Both the position numbers and the translations under genes were made by a program. A model generated the notes under the pieces. It ran no database searches, was not told the origin of the DNA, and worked only from the letters and a program-made list of their open reading frames with translations. Below are positions 12,341 through 22,199 of a stretch of DNA of 64,000 nucleotides, one piece after another. Source of the DNA: Isurus oxyrinchus (Eukaryota); NCBI GenBank assembly GCA_026770705.1, contig JANJGN010000041.1:5766001-5830000 (forward strand), read 5' to 3'. Each line of letters starts with the position of its first letter. Position 1 is the first letter of the stretch.

Positions 12341-12573
12341 CTTGGTGGAATGAGCTTAATTTAGAAAACTAATGCAACATCTTAAAAACTGATTTTGATA
12401 GCTTTCCCTTTGGAAATCCTTTAATGTCACAGCACCAACGTACATTGATGGAGTTCCGACACATATTAGCTACAATCCACTTGAAATGAAGCACAGCATC
12501 GATGGTTTTAATGGCCTCCTTCTATCTCTCTTAATGCTTCTTTGGCTTGTGTACTGAGAGATGAACTATCCAC

Positions 12574-12664
12574 CTAATAAACATCTTGTAATCGCTGCTC
12601 CATCAGCAGTAATGGGGTGTACCAGCACCAGGAACACAAGCAGCAAAAGCGGTGCTTTCCTCAT
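12574..12664 (-). pseudogene. Beta-defensin-like copy 2, exon 1 (signal peptide; not in the ORF track)
   Basis: MRKAPLLLLVFLVLVHPITAD followed by G|GAGCAG, where the expected GT is absent at 12600. An alternative phase-1 G|GTGGAT lies at 12573. Confidence 0.7.
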
Positions 12665-12717
12665 TCTCCACTCATATCATCCCAGGTCACAATGAGATAG
12701 CTGGAGCACAGACAATC

Positions 12718-12723
12718 TTTATA
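12718..12723 (-). promoter_or_regulatory. TATA box of defensin-like copy 2
   Basis: TATAAA about 54 nt upstream of the ATG at 12664, within a conserved block (plus strand gtcacaatgagat). Confidence 0.7.
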
Positions 12724-12959
12724 TGAAGACATTGCATACTGTAGCTAAAACTGTCACACGCACTCCTTCGGAAGACCCCACCTTCGGAAATTTGAAGGGA
12801 CAGTTAACCGAGTCCAATATTAACTGGAAGCAACTAGTTTTTCATTCATCAGCGATGAGACAGATCGGAATAATAATTGAGCTCACAAAGGTTTATAGGA
12901 ATCTTAAAATCAGCCTCGGCCTCTACGGGGAGAAGAGTTGGGAGCTCTCTACCTTGTTA

Positions 12960-13130
12960 CCAGAGGTGAATGTTCATCCATCTATCAACAAAGCGAACAC
13001 ACGTTATCTGGTCAGTATTGCCTTGCTGGTGGTAGCTTGCTGTACACAAATTGGCAGCCACAATTTGTAGATGCTAGCAATGACTGCCGTCAACAATGTC
13101 CTGGTGAAAGGTGACAGAAAAGCTTAATCT
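12960..13130 (+). mobile_element. Deu-domain SINE fragment
   Basis: gttatctggtcagtattgccttgctggtggtagcttgctgtacacaaattggcagcc...gtgaaagg. Confidence 0.6.
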
Positions 13131-13544
13131 CTTTATCAACATTGCTTTCTCTCTCTCACTTTCCTTACTTTGTCCTCTTGTCTGACTGTTCCCCCTCTCT
13201 ATTTCTCAGCCCACTGTTCTAATAGTGGGGCTTACTTAGTCATTATGTTTTGGGTCTATTTATTTTGTTTTATAAGACTGTTAGTGTTTGGGCCAGCCTC
13301 TCTGATTTAAGTGCATGAAGGGAGGTCATGTAATTCATCCTGCCTGACAGTAAATGTGGGTGTGTAATTCTTAGTAAAAGAAAATCTTCCGTTGTTAAGT
13401 GAGAAGGAGGTGCCAGATATTTATAATTGGAGAGAACGACGTCTCTTTTTAATTCTCACGTGAACAGACACTTAGTCTGCAAAGGCCTGGATAGGCTTTT
13501 ATCAATACAAAATGCAACCATTTGTTGGAACTTAGGGACAAAGG

Positions 13545-14530
13545 ACTTTATAGCAGTAGACGTCCATTTAGGCCCTTGAGACTGCTCCACCAATCAATAA
13601 GATCACGGCTCATCTGGTTGTCTCTCAAAGACACTGTGTCACTGGTCCCACCAACATGCTTGAGTCACTTGTCTATCAAAATCCAATCAAGTTCTACCTC
13701 GAATAAATGCAATCACCCAGCCTACACTGTTTTCTTAAGGAGAACATTCCACACATTAATAAGCCTTTGACAGATATGGACAATCTCCTCATCTCTGTCA
13801 TAAACAAAGACCTCTTATTATTCATCTGTCCCTATTGGTTCTAGTCTCCCTCATAAGTGGAAAATCCCTCCCGGTATCTCCCTTATAAAATACACTCCGC
13901 ATACGAAATGCTTTAGTTTAACGTTGTGCTATTCGAAATTCCAATGTTTGTGGGCATACACTGTCCAGACTTACCTCATTAGACAACTTCCTCATCATCA
14001 TGATGTATCCTGTCTCTTCGTTACTAAGATGTAAGGTCATTGTGATCATGGGTCGCTGTTCAACATTTCTACGTTCATACAAAAGTAACGTGCCTTCTGG
14101 AAGAGGGTTAGAGGAAGCCATTTTGTGATCAGGTTACAGGCTTCCCTATGAACCCATTCAAATCAGAGGCAGGCTGTGATTCTTTTTGTTTATTGGCAGA
14201 GTTTGCAGTTTTGGTCTGGTGTGGTCAGTGGACATATGCGAGATACATGGGCAACAAAATAGAGTGAGATAGTGTCTGCCTGGGATGGTCCACGTACATC
14301 TTTAGTATTGTTGTAAACTGTGTTTTCCCTGATGCCATTAGAAATCAACGAATTTGGGGTCATTACAGAACTTCCCCCTCCTGGATGCATGCCACTGTGC
14401 CCTCTCCTCCGCTGGTTCTGTCCTGCCAGCAGTACCAGCTATTCCCAGGGATGGCCATGGGTGAGCGGGGGACATTGGCTCTAAGGTACGATTTTGTGAG
14501 CCGGACTATATTGTAGTTACAATATACCAA
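13545..14530 (-). mobile_element. Mixed decayed CR1 fragments (3' end and endonuclease pieces)
   Basis: CR1 3' tail at about 13550-13990. An APE-like piece at 14330-14530 reads AIPGNSWYCWQDRTSGGEGTVACIQEG. Confidence 0.5.
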
Positions 14531-14630
14531 TATGGTCCTGCCATTCCCCTTCCTCTCTGTCAACGTGGAGATACACATATATGAGTGAGCAATGAGACAT
14601 GGACAAGAGGCGGTGATCAATGCAACCCGT

Positions 14631-14636
14631 TTTATT
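14631..14636 (-). terminator. Polyadenylation signal of defensin-like copy 3
   Basis: AATAAA about 127 nt after the stop, inside a block conserved in all three copies. The matching sites are CATAAA (10814-10819) and AATAAC (2985-2990). Confidence 0.65.
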
Positions 14637-14762
14637 CACAAGATTCAGAAAGGAAATGTTCAGAGGTCATTGGATCCACCAATGTTTCTGAGCCTGAATG
14701 GCAGACATTACAGTAAGAGTCAGTATGAGACTCAGACAGGTGTCACACTGGTAGAGATTCCT

Positions 14763-14890
14763 TCATTGTAGCTCAGGGAGCCAGCAGCACGTGTAAGGCC
14801 AGACACGCTGCCAGGTGACCAGTGTTTCAAGATGGTGACGCTGGTCATTTCTACAGTCTCCTCCTTTTCTGACACATTCGAGGCTCCAAG
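14763..14890 (-). CDS. Beta-defensin-like copy 3, exon 2 (mature peptide, 4-Cys variant)
   Basis: Acceptor is tcttccattctgatttccag|. It reads (A)WSLE C VRKGGD C RNDQ R HHLETLVTWQ R VWPYT CC WLPELQ*. The frame is open, spacing is C-X6-C-X4-[C]-X10-[C]-X5-CC, and both substituted sites are CGT. Confidence 0.7.
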
Positions 14891-14939
14891 CTGGAAATCA
14901 GAATGGAAGAGACAACAGGCAAGGTTTTTGAGCGTTCAG

Positions 14940-15450
14940 CACTGCTCGAACCCACATATAATTAGACATGTAACGCACACAGCTCTGCAATTGTGGACTA
15001 ACAAGGGAATATGAGGGCAAGAACAGCACAATACTCCAACCAGGTCCTAACTGAGGGATATTGAGACCAAAACTGTGGCAATGCCCCAGCTGTGGTCTAA
15101 CCAAGGGATATGATGACCAGAACTGTGCACAGTGCTCCAGCCGTGGTTTAACCAAGGGATATGGAGACCAGAACAGTGCACGATTCTGCAGATGTAACCG
15201 AGGGATATGGAGACCTGAAATGTGCACAGTGCTCCAGAACGTACCAATATATATATTAAACCAGAAATGTGCACAGTGCTCCACGTCTAACAGACGGGTA
15301 TGGAGGCCAGAACTGTGCACAGAGCTCCAGATCTATCCGATGGATATGGAAACCAAAACTGTGCACTGTGCTCCAGATCTATCCGACGATAACGAGAACA
15401 GAGCCGAGCTCAGAGCTCCTATTGTGGATAAACCACGGGATACAAGGAAC
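14940..15450 (-). repeat. ~48-bp CR1-derived minisatellite (second array)
   Basis: Same unit as 11170-11720 (LVKPRLEHCAQFWSSY). It lies just inside the intron of copy 3. Confidence 0.85.
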
Positions 15451-15579
15451 AGAAACTTACGGATTGAGAATTATGCAATTTATAAAAAACATCAAGAAAA
15501 TAAAATCACTCAATTGCCTTTTGGGAGCATCTTACAATATCATTCCACACAGAGTCAAAATAGCAGTTATTTTTGACAG

Positions 15580-15995
15580 GTGACTCAACATGCACCAAAA
15601 GAGGTTGGATTGAATGACCATCTCCAGGCAGCAGAGAAAGGTGTGTATAAGGTTATACTGGAGAATCTCCAGCCTCGGCTCCAGACAACTGATGGCACGG
15701 TCGCTTACAGCAAGTAACTTATAATCTTGGAACGGGTAGAGTGAGAAATTGGTGGAACGCAGGTATCTGGAAGATTTTTTGGGCTCGAGGAGATTGCAGA
15801 GTGTCGGAGGATCGTGATAATGTTGGGATTTAGAAATGATTAATACAAAATATCACCAAGGGACAGCATGTGGATGGGAAATTCGAGGAGAATGAGGATA
15901 GATCTTCGGCGGATAATAGGTGAGGTTGGATTACAAAAAAAACACCCAATTTTTGAAGAAGGCTAAAATAGAGACCGACATCTTGGTCTTTGGAA
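15580..15995 (-). mobile_element. L2 LINE 3' fragment in the intron of defensin-like copy 3
   Basis: Same decayed L2 end as in the introns of copies 1 and 2 (gagattgcagag...gggatttagaaatg). Confidence 0.45.
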
Positions 15996-16149
15996 AAGTT
16001 TATAATGATAATGGAACCAAAATTGTCCAATGGGCTTAAGACATATATCAGCAAAGAGCAAATTGAAATATAAAACTGGCTTGAGGGGCTGAATGGCCTC
16101 CTCCTATGGTAATGACTGCTTCTGAGAGATAACCTCCGTGGATAACAAC

Positions 16150-16210
16150 CGATAAGCATGGACTCCACCACCATCACCAATCCAAATACCAAGAGCAGTG
16201 CTTTCCACAT
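16150..16210 (-). CDS. Beta-defensin-like copy 3, exon 1 (signal peptide)
   Basis: MWKALLLVFGLVMVVESMLI followed by G|GTTGTT, a canonical but weak phase-1 donor. Splicing to 14890 gives an open 62-aa precursor. Confidence 0.7.
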
Positions 16211-16262
16211 CTTCCCCTTAGCTCCCCAGAGTCACAGTTGGATGACTGGTGTACACATGATC

Positions 16263-16268
16263 TTTATA
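16263..16268 (-). promoter_or_regulatory. TATA box of defensin-like copy 3
   Basis: TATAAA about 53 nt upstream of the ATG at 16210. Confidence 0.7.
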
Positions 16269-16819
16269 TGAACTGAGAGAGAATTATGTCGCTAATAATC
16301 GTTGGCACCGTGAGGGCTGGATGTACGTTGGGCAGGTTAAAGGAACATTTCACTAAATGAGGCCGGCTGTAACTGTAATCCCCGGCTAAATGTCTCTCCC
16401 AGGCCGGATTTTATTAATCAACAGATAGACGGATCTGTGTAAAGATTGAGCATGTGAAGGGTTAAAGGAATTGTTCTCTGTGTTTAAAATAAGGAACAAT
16501 CTTCAGATTAAGGGCGCCATTTGGCCCACGGTGTCTCTGTTGGCTCTGTGAAAGGGCTGCTGAATTATGCCCCTTCAATCTCTTCTCTTTCCCGATTGCC
16601 ACGCTATTATTTTTACAGTGCCCCATTTGAAAGTTACCATTGAATATGCTCCAATATCTTTTTGGCAAGCGCATTCCAGATCACAAAAGCTTTCTGTCAA
16701 GAAGACATTCTCTTCACCTTCTCTCCACTTCCTTTGTGAATTATTTTCAAACTATTTGTACTGATTTCCAGATCTGTGCACTGTCTGAAATATCCCAGCA
16801 CATCTATTGGAAGTAGAAT

Positions 16820-17045
16820 TGAGGAGTTCAAGATGCGATTGTCCCAATATTTATCCATTGACCACTATCAAAAAACCAGGTTCGCCAGACATTATGCTGT
16901 TGCTGCTTGTGGGATCTTGCCACGCACATGTTGACATTCATGTTCCCCACTTCACAAAAGTGGGCAAATGTCAACATTATTTCACTTTCTGTGGAAACTC
17001 TGGGATATGCCGGGGCTCTGAAATGTATGATAGACAAGTCTCCCT
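16820..17045 (+). mobile_element. Deu-domain SINE fragment, followed by a CT-rich tract to about 17420
   Basis: gtcccaatatttatccattgaccac...ttgctgcttgtgggatcttgc. Confidence 0.6.
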
Positions 17046-17449
17046 TTCATTTTCTTAGCATTTCCACTCATTTCCCTCTAATCCCCTCCGCCCCCACCCA
17101 GCCCTCTCTCTCTCCCTCCCTCTTTCTCTCTTTCTTTCTATCTCCGTATTTCTCACCCCCAGTTTCTACCTCGATTGCTCCCTCACTCCTTCTTATTCCC
17201 CCTCTCTCCTCCTCTCTCTCTTTCCCTCCCAATCTCTGTCTCTCCCTCTGCCTTCCTCCAACCTTCATTTCTCCATCTTCCCATTGCTGCTTCTAGATTA
17301 ATATTTCTTGCTTGGACAGGTTCTATTAATATTTCATATTATTTGTGTCTCCTTTTCATTCGCTCTATTTCTGCATCTTCCTCCCATCCTATCTTTCTGA
17401 GTCCCTCACCCCTGCCTTATCAGTGTCTTTCTTAAATTGTGTGCGATGG

Positions 17450-18170
17450 GCTCACTGGTTAGGACAACGTTAAATGCAAATTGTTCTATGCTCTTGAGAA
17501 GGTGGTGGTGAGCTGCCTTCTGAAACAGCTGCAGTACATCTGGTGCAGGTGCACCCACATTGCTCTGAGGGTGGGAGTTCTACGATATTGTCCCAGCGAC
17601 AGTGCAGGAACGGAATACATATTTCCATATTAGTGTGGTGAGTGGCTCGGAAGGGGACATAAAGGTTCCCATCTGCCTTTTGCCCTTCCCATTCTAGATG
17701 GTAGGGGTCGTGGGTCTGGGGGCGCCTTCAAAGGACGGTTGGTGGGTTGCTGCAGTGCATCTTCTAGATGGTACATACACTGCTGTTGCTGTGCGTCGGT
17801 GGCGGCGGGAGTTAATGTTTTTGGCTATGATGCTGATCAAGTGGGGCTGCTTTGTCATGAATCGTGTCGACCTTCATGAGTATTGTAGGAGCTGCACTCA
17901 TTCAGGCAAGTGGGAATGATTACGTTGCACTCCTGACTTGTGCCTTTTAAATCTTCTTTTTGTGATGTCAGGAGGTGAGTTACTCCACGCAGCATTCCCA
18001 GCCTCTGACCTGCTCTTGTAGCCACATTATTAAAATGGATGTTCCAGTTCAGATTCTGGTGCATGGTAACCCCTGGATGTTCACAGTGAGGAATTTCGTG
18101 ATGGTAATTGCATTGAAAGTCAAGGAGCGATTGTCAAATTCTCTCTTGTTGGAGATGGTCATTACCTGAC
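17450..18170 (-). mobile_element. CR1-group LINE RT/3' fragment
   Basis: ORF 17855-18064 (LNWNIHFNNVATRAGQRLGMLRGVTHLLT) is a typical LINE RT C-terminal region. Confidence 0.65.
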
Positions 18171-18689
18171 ACACTTAAATACAAGTGTTGGGTACAAAAT
18201 CAGGTGAGGTTTCTCTGAACAATAGTTAATTCCTTTTTAGGCCGTGGCTAGATTAATACATCCATCGCTGATCACCAGACCATTGCCTGTGATTAGGTTG
18301 GGGCGAATGATTTGGTTTTGCTGAGTCTGGAGAAGAGTTACACAGGTGGTTAAATAATTCTAATTTCAGGCCACTGTCGGTTTGTTAGATAATTGCCCCT
18401 AACGCAGAACTAATCTTTCCCCTTTCGCTATCCTGTCTGACTCCTTTTAAGAATGTCCTGTCCCTGGATTTGATCCAGCAGACCACTGCCCACCTGTGGG
18501 GACAATGCACAATCACTCAAGTATTTAGCGTCCACCTATCATCAGATTAATTCATCTAATACTGTGATATACTGTGTGCAGATGCTTCATTAGAAGTGTA
18601 TATATATAGAGACAAAAGTACACGTGCAAAATGTCATCGTAACCTTCGTTAGGGTTGTGAAGATGATGTGGGAATATTGTGGGAAAAGG

Positions 18690-19250
18690 CAAGATTAATT
18701 GCCCATCCCTAATTGCCCCATGAGAACGTGGTGTGTGAGCTGTCTCCTTGAGCCGCTGTCTTCCCGTGTGCTTTAGGTACTCCCAAAGAGCTGATAGGGA
18801 GCGAGTTCCAGGATTTGAGACAGAAGATGTGCAGTAATTGTGGTATAGTTCCAATCAGAATGGTTTGGTGCTTGGAGAGGTACCTTAAATGATTATAATC
18901 CCCTGTGCCCACAACCCTTGTCCTAACAAGCAGTGGGGATCAAGGGTTTGGAAAGCTGTGCTGAAGGATCCTCGGTGTTTTATTGCAGCGCACCTTGGTG
19001 ATGATATACACTGAAGCCATTGAGAGCCATGTGGAGACATCCTCCTCATTTTTGATCAGATGCCACGAGGCTTCACGGGATGTGGAGTGAACGTCGAGTG
19101 CTCCCGGAAACATACCTTCGTGACTCAGGTGAGACTGCCCTGCCGCTGTGGATGATAATTCCCAGGGACAGTGAATTAGAAATCTGGGCTTGTGGCTTCA
19201 AGCTATGATTGGATACGGGATGCTAAGTCAGCCAGTTGATCGATTAGTCT
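18690..19250 (-). mobile_element. CR1-group LINE fragments (3' tail and endonuclease piece)
   Basis: Reverse of the ggcaattagggatgggcaat tail at about 18700. An APE-like piece at 19020-19250 resembles 14330-14530. Confidence 0.55.
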
Positions 19251-19259
19251 GTGGGACAG

Positions 19260-20836
19260 CTCTTTCAATTCAGAGTGGGCTCTGTGTTCAGCGAGGTCTC
19301 TGTGTTCAGCGTGGATCCTGTTTTGAATGTGGGCTCTGTGTTCAGCGTGGTCTCTGTGTTCAGTGTCTGCTCTGTGTTCAAAGTGGGCTTTGTGTTCAGT
19401 GTGGGCTCTGTGTTAAGTGTGTGTTCTGTGTTCTGACTGTGCCCACTTTCAGTGTAGGCTCTATGTGCAGAGTGGGCTTTGTGTTCAGTGGGTGCTCTGT
19501 GTTCAGAGTGTGTCCTGTGTTCATGTGGGCTCTGTGTTCTGTGTGGGTACTTTGTTCAGTGTGAGCTCTTTGTTCATTTTTGGGTTTTCTGTTCACTGTG
19601 GGCTCCGTATTCAGTGTGGTCTCTGCGTTCAGAATGGTCTCTGTGTTCATTGCGATCTCTGTAAGCAGTTAGGGCTCTGTGTTCAGTTTTGGCCCTGTGC
19701 TCAGTTTGGTCTCTTCATTACAATATTTAAACCTGATGGATGTTGATAAACGTAACCACACAGCAGCTGTGGTCAGTGTTTTTGTCAGTATTCAGTGTGG
19801 GCTCTGGATTCAATGTGGGCCTTCTGCTCAGAGTGGGCCCAGTGTTCGAGTTGGCCCTGTGATCAGATTAGCACTTTGTTCAGAGAAGGCCTTGTGTTCA
19901 GAGTGGGCCCTGTGTTCAGCGTGTGCCCTGTGCTCAGATTCAGCCCTTTGTTTAACGTGGACCTGACTTCAGTGTGGGCCCTGTGTTCAGTGTGAGCTCT
20001 GTGTTCAGTGTGGTATGCCTTCAATGTGGGCCCTGTGTTCTGTATTGACTCTGTGTTCGGTGTGGGTATTGTGTTCAGTACAAGGTCTGTGTTCATTGTG
20101 GTCTCTGTGTGCAGAGTGAGGTCTGTTTTCAGTTTTGGGCTCAGTATTCAGTGTGGGCTATGAGTTCATTCTGGAGCTTGTGTTCAGTTTTGGTTCTGTG
20201 TTCAGAGTGGGCCCTGTGTTCAAAGCGGGCCCTTTGTACAATGCGGGCCCATGTTCAGAGTGGACACACTGTTCTGTGTGATCTCTGTGTGCATTTAGGG
20301 CTCTGTGTTCATTGTGGGCTCTGTATTCATCATGGGCTTTGTGTTCTGTGTGGGCCTCGGAATCAGTGTGGGCTCTGTGTTCAGAGTGGGCTCCGTGTTC
20401 AGAATGGCCCCTGAGTCCCGAATGGGCCCTGAGTTCAGAGTGTGCTCCGTGTTCAGTGTGGGCTGCTTCATCAGTGTGGCCTCCATGTTCAGAGAGGACA
20501 GGTGTTCATCGTGGGCTCGGTGCTCAGAGAGGGGTCTGTGTTCTGAGTGGGCTCTGTGTTCAGTGTCTGCTCTCTGTTCATAGTGGGCCCTGTGTTCAGC
20601 GTGATCTCTGTGTCCAGGGTGTGCTCTATGCTCACAGCGGCCCCGTGTTCAATGTGGTCTCTTTGTTCAGAGTAGGCTCTGGCTTCAATGTGGATTCTGT
20701 GTTCATCATGGGCCCTGTGTTCAGAGTGGACCCTGTGTTCAGTGTGGCCCTTGTGTTCAAATTTCATCCTTGTTCAGTGTGGCCTCTGTGTTCTGAATGT
20801 GCTCTGTGTTCAGCGTGGGCTCTGTGTTCAGTGTTC
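19260..20836. repeat. 18-bp minisatellite (tgtgttcagtgtgggctc)n
   Basis: Directly visible tandem array of about 1.6 kb. It generates the spurious Cys-rich ORFs in this interval. Confidence 0.95.
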
Positions 20837-21119
20837 TAAACACGTCTCCCCTGCTTTCCCCACATTGCCCAGATGTTTAATCCTTTCAATTATTTATGCA
20901 CCTGATATTCTGGAACTTCCTACTGAATCGGCTTCCAGGCAGAGCGTTCCAGATCACAACATCTCACGGTGTAAAATTAAATTCACCTCAGCTTCGATAT
21001 ACTTCAGTTTCCACTAACCTAAAATTATCTTCAATGTTCTCCTGTTGATCACCAGATCTCGCAGCCTTGAAAGTTCTCTTTGGATAACGAAAAGCCCTGG
21101 GAAAGATGTACCCCACGTC

Positions 21120-21280
21120 CATAATCAGAAACAGGTTATCCAGTTAGTATTCCTCAGGGCTAAATTGCCAAGGGCAAAGTTTCTCCCTTATGTTACATCA
21201 CTGACAACACTTTAATATTGATGGTGAAACTCTTTGGTATATTCTTACACTTTAAGGGCGCTATGGTAAAGCAAACCGTG
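21120..21280 (+). mobile_element. Decayed Deu-domain SINE, followed by a CT-rich tract
   Basis: caggttatccagttag...aaattgcc...aagggcgctatggtaaagcaa. Same context as 16820-17420. Confidence 0.45.
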
Positions 21281-22021
21281 TTTTGCTCGATTTTTGCATC
21301 CACTTCTCCCTTCATCTCCTTCCTTTCCGTATCAAGCTTGCAATCTATCTTCTCTTTTCATTTCACGCTGTCTTCCCCTCTGTCAATATTTGTATCCGCC
21401 CAGTCCTCAATCACCTTCCCCAGCTTCGTTTCGTTTATTCTCTCTCTTTCTCTAATTCCCTCACCCTCCCTTACTCAGCTGCCCAGGTGGTTAAATAATT
21501 CTAAGTTTTCAGTGTTGTGGTTTTGTGAATAATTTTCCTCTTACACGGAGCTGACCTGTTACCAGTCGCCATCCTGGCTGACATCCTTTAGCTGGTTATA
21601 GAATGAGCTGTCCCTGAATGTGTGCCATCAGAACACTGTCCCTCTATGAGGGCGAAGCCCAAGCTCTCAATTTTTTATTAGCATCAGGTAAGTTCATTGA
21701 ATGCAAATCTTTGCTTGTATAAGCCTTGGTGAAATTTTTATAAACAACTGGCGAAACATTTTCAACGTCCATCATTCATAATAGTGTCCAATGCTTTCAG
21801 CCAAATACTAAATATCCTATGGAGTTAAGTGAAACGTTTGAAGAGCGGCACATGTGCTTTGGTTGGCTTCAGGAGGTGGTTGATACATATCATTCAATCA
21901 GCACGTCTGTCTAAAGATGGTTGCAAATGATTAAGCCTTGCCTTTTGAATATATCCGTATGAACTTACATCGAGTCGCGCCTCAATCTTCCCAAGCAAAT
22001 GTGTGGGAAGATGACATTACT

Positions 22022-22156
22022 CTAGCAGGTGTGCCAGGAGTGGAAGTCACGAGGGATGTCGATCCAGGCGTAAAATGGAGCAGTCGCGTTGACATTACGC
22101 TCCGTTTCTGCCTTTGATGCAAAACATCTGACTCCCATAGGGTACATCCACTTTCC
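22022..22156 (-). pseudogene. Possible fourth, more divergent defensin-like exon 2 remnant
   Basis: A polypyrimidine tract ends in CTG instead of CAG. It then reads (G)KVDVPYGSQMF C IKGRNGA* C QRD C S, a frameshift, then FYAWIDIPRD F HSWHT C *. Several repairs are needed to fit the motif. Confidence 0.35.
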
Positions 22157-22199
22157 CAGAGGAGAAACAGGGAAGCTCATGATTCTCAAGGTGTTGCAC

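Noticed and set aside
11137-15583. Regularly spaced repeats resembling CRISPR arrays or zinc-finger repeats (HCAQFWSP)
   Set aside because: These are head-to-tail units with no unique spacers and no cas genes, in a eukaryotic context. The unit is a CR1 ORF2 motif.
19190-21017. Many Cys-rich ORFs (CVQCGL repeats) resembling keratin-associated or metallothionein-like proteins
   Set aside because: They are translations of an 18-bp minisatellite, open in several frames on both strands, with no gene structure.
21980-22156. Alternative minus frame with a furin-like RQKR site (ESDVLHQRQKRSV...), suggesting a hepcidin- or LEAP2-like propeptide
   Set aside because: The sequence after RQKR has no cysteines and no similarity I can recognise.
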